A DNA stretch of 64,000 bases, from assembly GCA_030390025.1 (NCBI GenBank), contig CM059439.1, positions 44,888,001 through 44,952,000 on the forward strand. Direction: 5' to 3'. Positions 25,860 through 36,560 of this stretch are shown here, piece after piece (the stretch's first letter is position 1; every line of letters starts with the position of its first letter). A model generated the notes under the pieces. That model was not told where the DNA came from and did no database searches. It worked only from the letters and a program-made list of their open reading frames with translations. Made by a program: the position numbers and the translations under genes. The DNA is from Squalus acanthias (taxonomy: Eukaryota).

Positions 25860-27000
25860 TCTGCTGATGATTCCCCTCCACCATGAGTGATAGGATCCTC
25901 AACCAAATCTGTTCTATTTCCTACCCTTACCTCTTCTCTGTCTCACTCAGAATTAAAGTCTCCTCTCCCCCACCCGCCCCCCACCCACCATCCTCACCTT
26001 CCACCAGCCCCCACATTTGGAAGGTAATCTTGTCATTTCCAATGTGATCCCATCACCAAACACATCTGCTCCTCTTTTCCTCTCAGCATTCCAAAGGGGT
26101 CAATTCTTTCATGATAACCTGGTTCATTCTTCCATCACCCATAGCACCTGCTCTCCTTCTCCTGGCACCTTTCCATGCAAGCATGTGAGACACAACAACT
26201 ACCCATTCAACACCTCCCACAGGGCCCCAAACATTCCTTCCAGGTGAGACAGCAATTGGCAGGTATTTTCTCCAACCTAGTATACTAATTCACTGCTCAT
26301 GGTGCAATCCTCTCTACATTGGGGAAACCAAACACAGATTAGGTGATCACTTTGCCCCCCCCATCCCATGGGGACCCCATGTTGGCACCCCATGTTGGCA
26401 CGTGGTCTGCATTACTTTTTTCTTCCACCAAACTCCTGGCCGCTCGAGCCTCTTGCACTTCGGCAGTTTTGTATGCTTCCCATTCTACTTACCTATCCAC
26501 TTTAGCTCTTCTTACACTGTGTCGTGTAAATGTCTTTTATTTCTTTGATTTGTCTCATTTTGTCTTCTGCACATATCACTTCTGCCATTTAACCATTTCC
26601 TGTTCCCCACCTTAGCAATTGACAGATCATTCTATTTACTTTGCTGTGTACACGCTCTTTCAGATGAAACGTTAAACCGAGGCCCCAGCTGCCCTCTCAC
26701 GTGGACATAAAAGCTCCCATGGTAGAAGAGCAGGAGACAAATTGGCTGCCACATTTCCTAACATTACAATAGTGACCACAGTTCAAAAGGTACTTCATTT
26801 GCTGTGAACTGCTTTGGGACTTCATGAGATTGTGAAAGGCCCTATATAAATGCAAATTTGCTCTTTCTTTTTAAATGCTGTTCATCTGTAATATGTTAGT
26901 TCTGAAGAAGGGTTTCTAACTGAAATATCAGCTGACCTGTGTTCTCAACAGATGCCACCTGACCTGCTGAGTGTCTCTCACATTTTCAGTTTTTGTTTCA
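25860..27000 (+). mobile_element. Decayed Penelope-like element (GIY-YIG endonuclease remnant plus terminal region), interrupted by a DeuSINE fragment at ~26655-26870
   Basis: 26270-26355 reads NLVY*..HCSWCNPLYIGETKHRLGDHF, a GIY-YIG motif. The 3' terminal sequence resembles the hammerhead-bearing termini elsewhere in the window. Confidence 0.7.
26897..26934 (+). ncRNA. Degenerate minimal hammerhead motif at the Penelope terminus
   Basis: TAGTT-CTGAAGA-AGGGTT(TCT)AACT-GAAA-TAT-C-AGCTG. The core is intact; helices I and II are weakened. Confidence 0.45.
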
Positions 27001-27559
27001 GCCATCCATCAATCTGTTTGGTCACTACAGCATTACTCACAAATGACTTTAATCATCATTGAAAACATCTTCATGTTTATTTTATTATGTTCTGTTTTTG
27101 TAACAATCAAGTTTCCTAAAACTTTGCTATAAAGACTGGTCCTATAACTTCAGACCCTCATTAACGAGAATGAAGGGAAGAGTCTAAAAGTCTATATAAA
27201 CTACTTAACAGTAGTTTATTATATTACATAAGTTGCCTCTAACATTTTAACATAGCATTTTATTTATTTGTACAAATCATGACAGCAAGTCAAGAACTCC
27301 CCAAAACTCATAAGTTTTAAATTTGAGACCAGATGAAGATAGTCTGAGATTTGTGACGCTGCAAATAACGCCCAGCTTTTCCCGTCTCGCTGGCCCAAGA
27401 CAGAAATCAAGTGACATTAACCAGACAGATTAAAAACTCTGATCTGCCACCCCTAGGGAGGGTTCCTTAAAATCAAATACAAGAATAAACCAGCAGTCAG
27501 TTCACATGCGGACACAATCTCTAGTGAAATGCCAGCTCCTTGTCGGAGAAGGAACTTTG

Positions 27560-27900
27560 CTCCCACTAAAGTTTTGGTCCGGGAGGAATCACCCCGGCAG
27601 TCAGCTGGTGAAGGCGCTCCAGGCCCGAGCCGCCCACTCAACACCTGACCCTTCCACTGCTTTAATTTATTTCACTAATGTTCCCCGAGAATCCTCGCAC
27701 CCAAACCAGAGGCTGCGGGTCCCCTCAGCCGCCACTCCACAACTTTACCTGGGTTGCCAGCTGTCTCAGCGGACACTGCGGCCCTCACCTGCCCGGCCAA
27801 ACCCGACCCAGCGGAAATGACTCACACAGCGGAGCGCTCACCTGAGACAGGAAATACCGCCAGCCCGCGGCCGCGCCCCCTGGAGGCCCCACCCCCTCAT
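27560..27900 (-). promoter_or_regulatory. Putative PATJ promoter and non-coding exon 1 (CpG-rich)
   Basis: Local CpG enrichment in an otherwise CpG-poor, AT-rich background. Minus-strand donors CAG|GTAAAG (27749/27748) and CAG|GTGAGG (27789/27788). AP-1 TGACTCA at 27818-27824, GGAAAT ETS-like sites, GC boxes. Confidence 0.6.
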
Positions 27901-30070
27901 GGGACAGGCCACGCCCCTCCCAGGACAGGTCACACCCCCTCCCCAGGCCACACCCCCAGGACAGGCCATGCCCCCTCCCTGGGACAGGTCACACCCCCTC
28001 CCCAGGCCACACCCCCAGGACAGGCCATGCCCCCTCCCTGGGACAGGTCACACCCCCTCCCCAGGCCACACCCCCGGGACAGGTCACACCCCCTCCCCAG
28101 GTCACACCCCCAGGACAGGCCATGCCCCCTCCCTGGGACAGGTCACACCCCCTCCCCAGGCCACACCCCCAGGACAGGTCACACCCCCTCCCCAGGTCAC
28201 ACCCCGAGGACAGGCCATGCCCCCTCCCTGGGACAGGTCACACCCCCTCCCCAGGCCACACCCCGAGGACAGGCCATGCCCCCTCCCTGGGACAGGTCAC
28301 ACCCCCTCCCCAGGCCACACCCCCGGGACAGGCCATGCCCCCTCCCTGGGACAGGTCACACCCCCTCCCCGGGACAGGTCACACCCCCTCCCCAGGCCAC
28401 ACCCCGGGGACCGGCCATGCTCCCTCCTTGGGACAGGTCACACCCCCTCCCCAGGCCACACCCCCAGGACAGGCCATGCCCCCTCCCTGGGACAGGTCAC
28501 AACCCCTCCCCAGGCCACACCCCCAGGACAGGCCATGCCCCCTCCCTGGGATAGGTCACACCCCCTCTCCAGGACACACCCCCGGGACAGGCCATGCCCC
28601 CTCCCTGGGACAGGTCACACCCCCTCCCCAGGACAGGCCACACCCACAGGACAGGCCCCTCCCCCTGGGACCTGCCCCCCCCCGCGACAAGCCACACCCC
28701 CTGGGACAGGCTGCAACTCCACCCCCCCTCCCAGGACAGGCCACTCCTTCCCCCGTGACAGTCCGCACCGCCCCCAGGACAGGCCGCACCTCCTCGGGAC
28801 AGCCCACACTGCCCCTGAGACAGGCCGGCGGGACAGGCCGCACCTCCCCCCGGGACAGGCCGCACCTCCCCCAAGTCAGGCCACCCCTCCCTCTGGGAAA
28901 GACCGCCCCTCTCCGGGACAGGCCGCACCTCCCCCCGGGACAGGCCGCACCTCCCCCGGGTCAGGCCACCCCTCCCTCCGGGAAAGACCGCCCCTCTCCG
29001 GGACAGGCCGCACCTCCCCCCGGGGCAGGCCGCACCTCCCCCCGGGACAGGCCGCACCTCCCCCTGGGACAGGCCGCACCTCCCCCGGGTCAGGCCGCAC
29101 CTCCCCCGGGTCAGGCCACCCCTCCCTCCGAGACAGACCGCCCCACTCCGGAACCGACCGCCCCTCCCCCTGGGACAGGCCGCACCTCCCCCCCGGGACA
29201 GGCCACCCCTCCCTCCGGCACAGACTGCACCTCTCTGGGACAGGCGGCACCTCCCCGAGACAGACCGCCCCTCCCCCCGGGAGAGGCCACACCTCCCCCA
29301 GGTCAGGCCACCCCTCCCTCCGGGACAGGCTACCCCTCCCTCCGGGACAGGCCACCCCTCCCTCCGGCACAGACAGCACCTTTCTGGGACAGGCCGCACC
29401 TCCCCGGGACATGCCGCACCTCCCCCCGGGACAGGCCGCACCTCCCCACCCCGGGACAGGCCACCCCTCCCTCCGGCACAGACAGCACCTTTCTGGGACA
29501 GGCCGCACCTCCCCCCGGGACAGGCTGCACCTCTCCGCGACAGGCCGCACCAACCCAGGACAGGCCGGTGGGACAGGCTGCACCGCCCCCAGGACAGGCC
29601 AGCGGGACAGGCCGCACCAACCCAGGACAGGCCGGTGGGACAGGCTGCACCGCCCCCAGGACAGGCCGGCGGGACAGGCCGCACCAGCCCAGGACAGGCC
29701 GGTGGGACAGGCTGCACCGCCCCCAGGACAGGCCGGCGGGACAGGCTGCACCACCACAGAACAGGCCGCACCTCTCCGCGACAGGCTGCACTACCCCCAG
29801 GACAGGCCAACGGGACAGGCCGCACCACCCCCAGGACAGGCCGGTGGGACAGGCCGCACTACCCCCAGGACAGGCCGACGGGACAGGCCGCACCACCCCC
29901 CGGGACAGACAGCACCTCTCTTGGACAGGCCGCACCTCCCCCAGGACAGGCTGCACCTCTCCGCGACAGGCCGCACTACCCCCAGGACAGGCCGGCGGGA
30001 CAGGCCGCACCACCCCCAGGACAGGCCGGCGGGACAGGCTGCACCGCCCCCAGGACAGGCCACACCTCCC
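27900..30070. repeat. C-rich compound minisatellite built on GGACAGG units
   Basis: A 59-bp unit (GGGACAGGTCACACCCCCTCCCCAGGCCACACCCCCAGGACAGGCCATGCCCCCTCCCT) grades into ~21-bp (GGGACAGGCCGCACCTCCCCC) and 14+20-bp units. Confidence 0.95.
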
Positions 30071-30129
30071 CCAGTACAAACCAGCAGAACAGTCCGTTCC
30101 TTCCCCAGGCGAGGCCGAACTCTAACTGA

Positions 30130-30560
30130 CATTGAGCGTGAGAGGTTGCAGCCCATCTTGAAGGGCGGCTCCTCGATTTCTAGCTGCACTTCAGTCCCAC
30201 GCTCCTGATCTTTGGCCACCTGGTGAGGAAGGGAGCAGGCAAATCGGAGTACCTCCTCGTAGTACTGCTCCTGGGCCTGGCCAAGGTGGCCATCAACAGG
30301 TCCAGGCAACGTGCCGTCGAGGGGGTCGTTTGGCCCGACTGCCTGCCTCTCTCCCACTGTTATGTTCCAGGTGTCCCTGGAGTTGGAGTACGCAGTGTCC
30401 ACCAGCACACTCGAGGCCTTCTGCGACCGGTGGGCACCAGAGGGATTGAAGTGCTTCATCACCCCCGGAACAAAACTTTAATTTAATTTTTTTAAGTTTA
30501 ATTTAAGTTATATATATGTTACAGTTTACTGGTTGTGCCCCTTTAAGAAGGGGGCACTTG
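30130..30560 (+). mobile_element. Tx1-clade non-LTR retrotransposon 3' fragment
   Basis: HFSPTLLIFGH...LLLGLAKVAINRSRQRAVEG resembles the Tx1/L1-group ORF2 C-terminus. It is frameshifted. Confidence 0.6.
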
Positions 30561-31382
30561 CTACCTTTTTAATTGACGACGACAGCTGTCATCAATTACA
30601 TAATTAATATATGAAAGGTAGAACTGTAACTGGGGGCTGGGATATTAGACCATCATAACTCTGCAGGCTAATGGTCCAACCTTTTGGACCTGTGCACCGT
30701 ATCTGTATTAAAATCAGTGAGCAGACTGCATATGCAAAACTCCCTGGACAGCAAGACCGCCCTGGCACAAGTTGAGGGTTTGTAATGGATAACTTCTCAG
30801 GTTCAGTGTTGTCATTTGGTTCCGGAAGTGGATCCCATGCCCCTTACATGCTGATGTTGACTTGCACAGCCCATTTGTATGATACATGGGTGTAACAGTG
30901 TTTTTGTGATCTAAACTGGATGTTCATGTCTTTCACATGTAACGCCACATGTGCCTCCAATTTATTTTGAAGGCAGAACAAGAAAACTCTTGATAAGGTG
31001 AGGCCAAATATAAATTCTTAAGCTGTTTTATTTCACAGCAAATATAACTATGGAGCAACAGTTACAATCAGACTCACTTAATTTAATCAGTACAACATTG
31101 TCTTCATGTAATGATACAATATAATGAACATGCTACACTTTGCCACATCAATAGGACATCATGTTCGGCTTAAAGAAAATAATTCCTAACTACGCTCTTA
31201 CATTCTCCTTCTGAGGCTGTTGAAAGCTTGCTCTCACAGCTTTCTGTTTAAAAGCCTAATTGACTTCGTAAGTCTCTGTCTCTATTTTTTACCTGTGATA
31301 AAGGGCAGTTAGAAAGATTAACTGTAATCGTCTGGCAGTGTTCTCTGACTATATATGCTGTGCCGATATACATCTCTTCACT

Positions 31383-31419
31383 TCACCTGACGAAGGAGCA
31401 GCGCTCCGAAAGCTTGTGA
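31383..31419 (+). ncRNA. Minimal type I hammerhead ribozyme motif, second Penelope-type family
   Basis: TCAC-CTGACGA-A-GGAGC(AGC)GCTCC-GAAA-GCT-T-GTGA. Helices I and II are perfect, helix III is the palindrome AGCT, and AATAAA follows at ~31426. Confidence 0.75.
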
Positions 31420-32459
31420 TTTCAAATAAAACTGTTGGACTATAACCTGGTGTTGTGCGACTTCTCATATTTTTTTACTTTTCATTGTTTACAGCCAGAA
31501 AGGAAGGCCTTACACACAAACCCTGCCATGTGCATAAGACCCAAGACTTCCCAACGCAATGCACGTGAGCTGTTTAACAATTGGTCGCGTCTATTCGCAA
31601 CACCAGATTTCTAATTGGTCCCCTTGGAGGACGAGACCATATTTCTAATTGGTCCTCTTGGAGGACAAGACACACCCAGCAATTTATCTGGAATGAGTAA
31701 TTAGATCCTGCCTGCCTAAGTAATTAAATACTTAGCAATGTGTAATTCGAGCCATTCATTCTGACTGCCAGACTCCAGACAGAGCTCTCAGAACAGACAG
31801 GGCTCACCGTCGCAGGTTAGGACCTTCTCCCCCGCAACGACCCCACCCGCCCCACCCCCCGGCCTCCACAACAAGTTCCTGCCCCTCCAACAAGTTCCTA
31901 AGCTTCCCCCAACCCCCGAGTTTCTCACCTTTTCCCTCCCCAATAAGTTCCTGACCTTCTTCCCTGCCCAAGTTCCTGACCTGCACTCGCCTGTGTTCCT
32001 AACCTTCCTCTTCCCACCCTCCCCCACCGAACAAGTTCCTGACCTTCCCCACCACCCTCTCGCAATAGATGTGGCATTGTGTGTGGGTCACGGATTGTTA
32101 ACAGGTTTAATGGGCATGAAGTGAACAGTGACAGTGTCATGACTTCTAGATTTCATCCCGTGCAATGATGTCACTTGCCGCACAGGCACCGAGCTTTCCG
32201 AGAAATCAACCAGCTCTAGGGGGAGGAGAGGGAGAATGTGATGCGGGTGTAAAGTGGGTGGAGTTCGAAGAACGTGATCCGTCTTCCCATCTGGATCACA
32301 TTCTCTATCTCATCCCGCCTTTCGACCTGGATCACGTTCTTCCCCCATCCCCACTGCTCTCCGTGCTATTTACCACCGCCCCTCCCAAACCCCGCCCGCG
32401 AGTTCCTGACCTTCTCCTCCCATGAGTTCCTGACCTCCTCTCCCCCTCAGAGCTCCTCT

Positions 32460-34940
32460 CTCCCTTCGATCCTCTTTTCCTTCGATCCTCTCTCCCCCCA
32501 ATCTCCTCTCTCTCTCCGATCTCCTCTCTCTCCCCCCAATCTCCTCTCTCCCCCCGATCTCCTCTCTCTCTCCGATCTCCTCTCTCTCCCTCCAATCTCC
32601 CCTCTCTCCGATCTCCTCTCTCTCTCCGATCTCCTCTCTCTCTCCGATCTCCTCTCTCTCTCCGATCTCCTCTCTCTCCCTCCAATCTCCTCTCTCTCCC
32701 TCCGATCTCCTCTCTCTCTCCGATCTCCTCTCTCTCGCCGATCTCCTCTCTCTCTCTCCAATCTCCTCTCTCCCTCCAATCTCCTCTCTCTCTCCGATCT
32801 CCTCTCTCTCCCTCCAATCTCCTCTCTCCCTCCGATCTCCTCTCTCTCCCTCCGATCTCCTCTCTCCCTCCGATCTCCTCTCTCCCTCCGATCTCCTCTC
32901 TCCCTCCGATCTCCTCTCTCCCTCCGATCTCCTCTCTCTCCTCCGATCTCCTCTCTCTCCTCCGATCTCCTCTCTCTCCCTCCGATCTCCTCTCTCTCCC
33001 TCCGATCTCCTCTCTCTCTCTCCGATCTCCTCTCTCTCTCCGATCTCCTCTCTCCCTCCGATCTCCTCTCTCTCTCCGATCTCCTCTCTCCCTCCAATCT
33101 CCTCTCTCTCTCCAATCTCCTCTCTCTCTCTCCGATCTCCTCTCTCTCTCCGATCTCCTCTCTCTCTCCGATCTCCTCTCTCTCTCCGATCTCCTCTCTC
33201 CCTCCAATCTCCTCTCTCTCTCCAATCTCTCCTCTCTCCCTCCAATCTCTCCTCTCTCCCTCCAATCTCCTCTCTCTCCCTCCGATCTCCTCTCTCACTC
33301 CGATCTCCTCTCTCTCCCTCCGATCTCCTCTCTCTCTCCGATCTCCTCTCTCCCTCCGATCTCCTCTCTCCGATCTCCTCTCTCCGATCTCCTCTCTCCC
33401 TCCGATCTCCTCTCTCTCTCCGATCTCCTCTCTCCCTCCGATCTCCTCTCTCCGATCTCCTCTCTCTCTCCGATCTCCTCTCTCCCTCCGATCTCCTCTC
33501 TCTCTCCAATCTCCTCTCTCTCTCCGATCTACTCTCTCTCTCCGATCTCCTCTCTCCCTCCGATCTCCTCTCTCTCTCCGATCTCCTCTCCCTCTCCGAT
33601 CTCCTCTCTCTCCGATCTCCTCGCTCTCTCTCCAATCCTCTCTCTCCCTCCAATCTCCTCTCTCTCTCCGATCTCCCCTCTCTCTCTCCGATCTCCTCTC
33701 TCTCCCTCCGATCTCCTCTTTCTCCCTCCGATCTCCTCTCTCTCTCTCCGATCTCCTCTCTCTCCCTCCGATCTCCTCTCTCTCTCCGATCTCCTCTCTC
33801 TCTCCGATCTCCTCTCTCTCTCCGATCTCCTCTCTCCCTCCGATCTCCTCTCCTCTCTCCGATCTCCTCTCTCTCTCCGATCTCCTCTCTCCCTCCGATC
33901 TCCTCTTTCTCTCTCCGATCTCCTCTCTCCCTCCAAACTCCTCTCTCTCTCCGATCTCCTCTCTCTCTCCGATCTCCTCTCTCCCTCCGATCTCCTCTCT
34001 CTCTCTCCGATCTCCTCTCTCTCTCCAATCCTCTCTCTCCCTCCAATCTCCTCTCTCTCTCTCCGATCTCCTCTCTCTCCGATCTCCTCTCTCTCTCCAA
34101 TCCTCTCTCTCCCTCCAATCTCCCCTCTCTCTCCGATCTCCTCTCTCTCTCCAATCTCCTCTCTCTCTCCGATCTCCTCTCTCTCTCTCCGATCTCCTCT
34201 CTCTCTCCGATCTCCTCTCTCTCTCCGATCTCCTCTCTCTCTCCAATCTCCTCTCTCTCTCCAATCTCCTCTCTCTCTCCGATCTCCTCTCTCTCTCTCC
34301 GATCTCCTCTCTCTCTCCAATCTCCTCTCTCTCTCCGATCTCCTCTCTCTCTCTCCAATCTCCTCTCTCTCTCTCCGATCTCCTCTCTCTCCCTCCGATC
34401 TCCTCTCTCTCTCCGATCTCCTCTCTCTCTCCGATCTCCTCTCTCTCTCCGATCTCCTCTCTCTCTCCGATCTCCTCTCTCTCCCCCCATGATCTCCTCT
34501 CTCCCCCATGATCTCCTCTCTCTCTCCGATCTCCTCTCTCTCTCCGATCTCCTCTCTCCCTCCGATCTCCTCTCTCTCTCCGATCTCCTCTCTCTCCCCC
34601 CATGATCTCCTCTCTCCCCCATGATCTCCTCTCTCTCTCCGATCTCCTCTCTCTCTCCAATCTCCTCTCTCCCTCCAAACTCCTCTCTCTCTCCGATCTC
34701 CTCTCTCTCTCCGATCTCCTCTCTCCCCCCATGATCTCCTCTCTCTCTCCAATCTCCTCTCTCCCTCCAAACTCCTCTCTCTCTCCGATCTCCTCTCTCT
34801 CTCCGATCTCCTCTCTCTCCCTCCAATCTCCTCTCTCTCTCCGATCTCCTCTCTCCCTCCAATCTCCTCTCCATCTCCGATCTCCTCTCTCCCTCCGATC
34901 TCCTCTCTCTCTCCGATCTCCTCTCTCTTTCTCCGATCCC
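32460..34940. repeat. Polypyrimidine/polypurine minisatellite, unit ~16-20 bp (CCGATCTCCTCTCTCTCT)n
   Basis: Directly visible tandem array with CCGATC/CCAATC variants separated by (CT)n of variable length. Confidence 0.97.
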
Positions 34941-35589
34941 TTCTCTCCCCCCCTCCCCCTCCCCTCCGATTCCTTTTCTCTTTCTCCCCTTTCGATCCTC
35001 TCTTTTCTCCCCCCCCCCGCCCCACCCTCGGTCACCAACAGATCCCCTGGCCACCTTTGCACGAACCCGCGGACAGCGTGGCCCACAGTGCAGGCCGCTG
35101 TTGGGTACTGCACATGCGCGGTTCTGGTATACCGCACGCTTGCGCAGAAGGCCGCAAAGGTGTTCGTGCAAATAATAACAGCGTTACCAATTACCAAATC
35201 AGGCTAATTGCTTATTGTTTTCAGTCTTTGGGGGAAACAACAGAACAAACACATACTTGTACGTATAAATTTAGAGACCCCAGTACATACAAAATTAAAG
35301 CCCTTCACATCCTCTCTCCATCCTTCCAATCCCTCCATTCTCTATTCGATCCTGCTCCCTCATACCCTCATACCTCCCTAAACCCTCTCCCATCTTCCTC
35401 CTCCTTCCCATCCTTCTGTTCCCCCATTCCTTCCCCTGCCCCTTCACCTTCCCCCCTCCCCTCTGCCTTCCCCTCCTCCCCTTCCCCTCCCCCCCACCCC
35501 CGCTTCCCATTCATCCTTCTCCCCATCTCCTTCCCCATCCCCTGTCTGCCATTCCTTCCAGTCTCTCTCACTTGCAACCATTGATCTTC

Positions 35590-35860
35590 AGACTCTGGCC
35601 TTCTGAGCATCCAACCCTCCATCTCCTAATGGTAGCAGAACTTTCAGCCAACTAGGCCTTGCTCTGCGGGATTCCTTCCAAAAACCTCTCTGTCTCTCTA
35701 CTTCCCTCTCCTTTAAAAATTTCCTCAAATCCCACATTTGTGCCCAACTCTTCAATCACCTCTTTGATTTTTCTCCCCAGCTTGGTGTTCTGTTTCTCTT
35801 GTGTACTCCTCTAAAGTGCCTTGGTATATATTGTATATAAAGATGTTTTATAAATGCATG
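35590..35860 (+). mobile_element. L2 LINE 3' fragment
   Basis: ctctggccttctgagcatcc...aaagtgccttgg...tttataaatgca, an L2-type 3' end. Confidence 0.6.
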
Positions 35861-36560
35861 GTGTTCTTCCACAGTATTTGGATTCCATGTTGTGTTTCTA
35901 TACAGTATATATTTGGATACAAGTAATTTGTGTAGTTAGATATAATTATTGTATTTATATATCAGTATGATATTTATGTATGATATTTTTGTACCAGTAT
36001 TATATTGGTATTGTATTTATGTACAGTTTGAATACCAATTTTATATTCAGTATTACATTTTTGCATATTTTGGGTGTCATATTATATTTGTATATCAGTA
36101 TTGTATTGGTGTATAATATTTAGGTACCAGTATTGGTTTCTCTGTGAAGCGCCTTGGGGCATTTTACTACATTAAGGGCACTATATAATTACAAAACATT
36201 ATGGGGGAAAAATTAGGTCGCGCCCCATTTGGGGCGCAAATATCGTCTGGACGCAAAAATTAGCGCCTGGCGCTAATTATCGCCACTGACTGGAAACTTC
36301 ACTTTTACCGCCCCGGGAGGTGATTGGAGCGCTAAATCAGGTGCTGCACACCTGTCTTAAGGCGCAAAGGCTGAGCAGTGAGGCGCTAACTCAGCGCGCG
36401 AGCGCAGCGCAGCTGCTGCCAGTTAGCGAGGGAACACAGACACACTGGCGCCGGCCAGTTCTTAAAGTGGGGGGGCCAACTTGCTCCCCAGCCACACCCT
36501 GCTCATTGCAGCCTTGAATCTCGGCCTGGAGAGACCTGTGAATCCATTTTGCTGCCAAGG

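Noticed and set aside
27754-30208. Long Pro/Gly-rich ORFs (up to 769 aa) on both strands
   Set aside because: They are translations of the GGACAGG minisatellite, open in multiple frames because the unit lacks stops. No domain content.
30660-31300. Possible hAT transposon end (ggtccaaccttttgg)
   Set aside because: No matching opposite TIR or 8-bp TSD could be found by eye.
32274-35197. 745-933 aa Ser/Leu-rich and Arg/Glu-rich ORFs
   Set aside because: Artefacts of the (CT)n-GATC tandem array, open in several frames at once.
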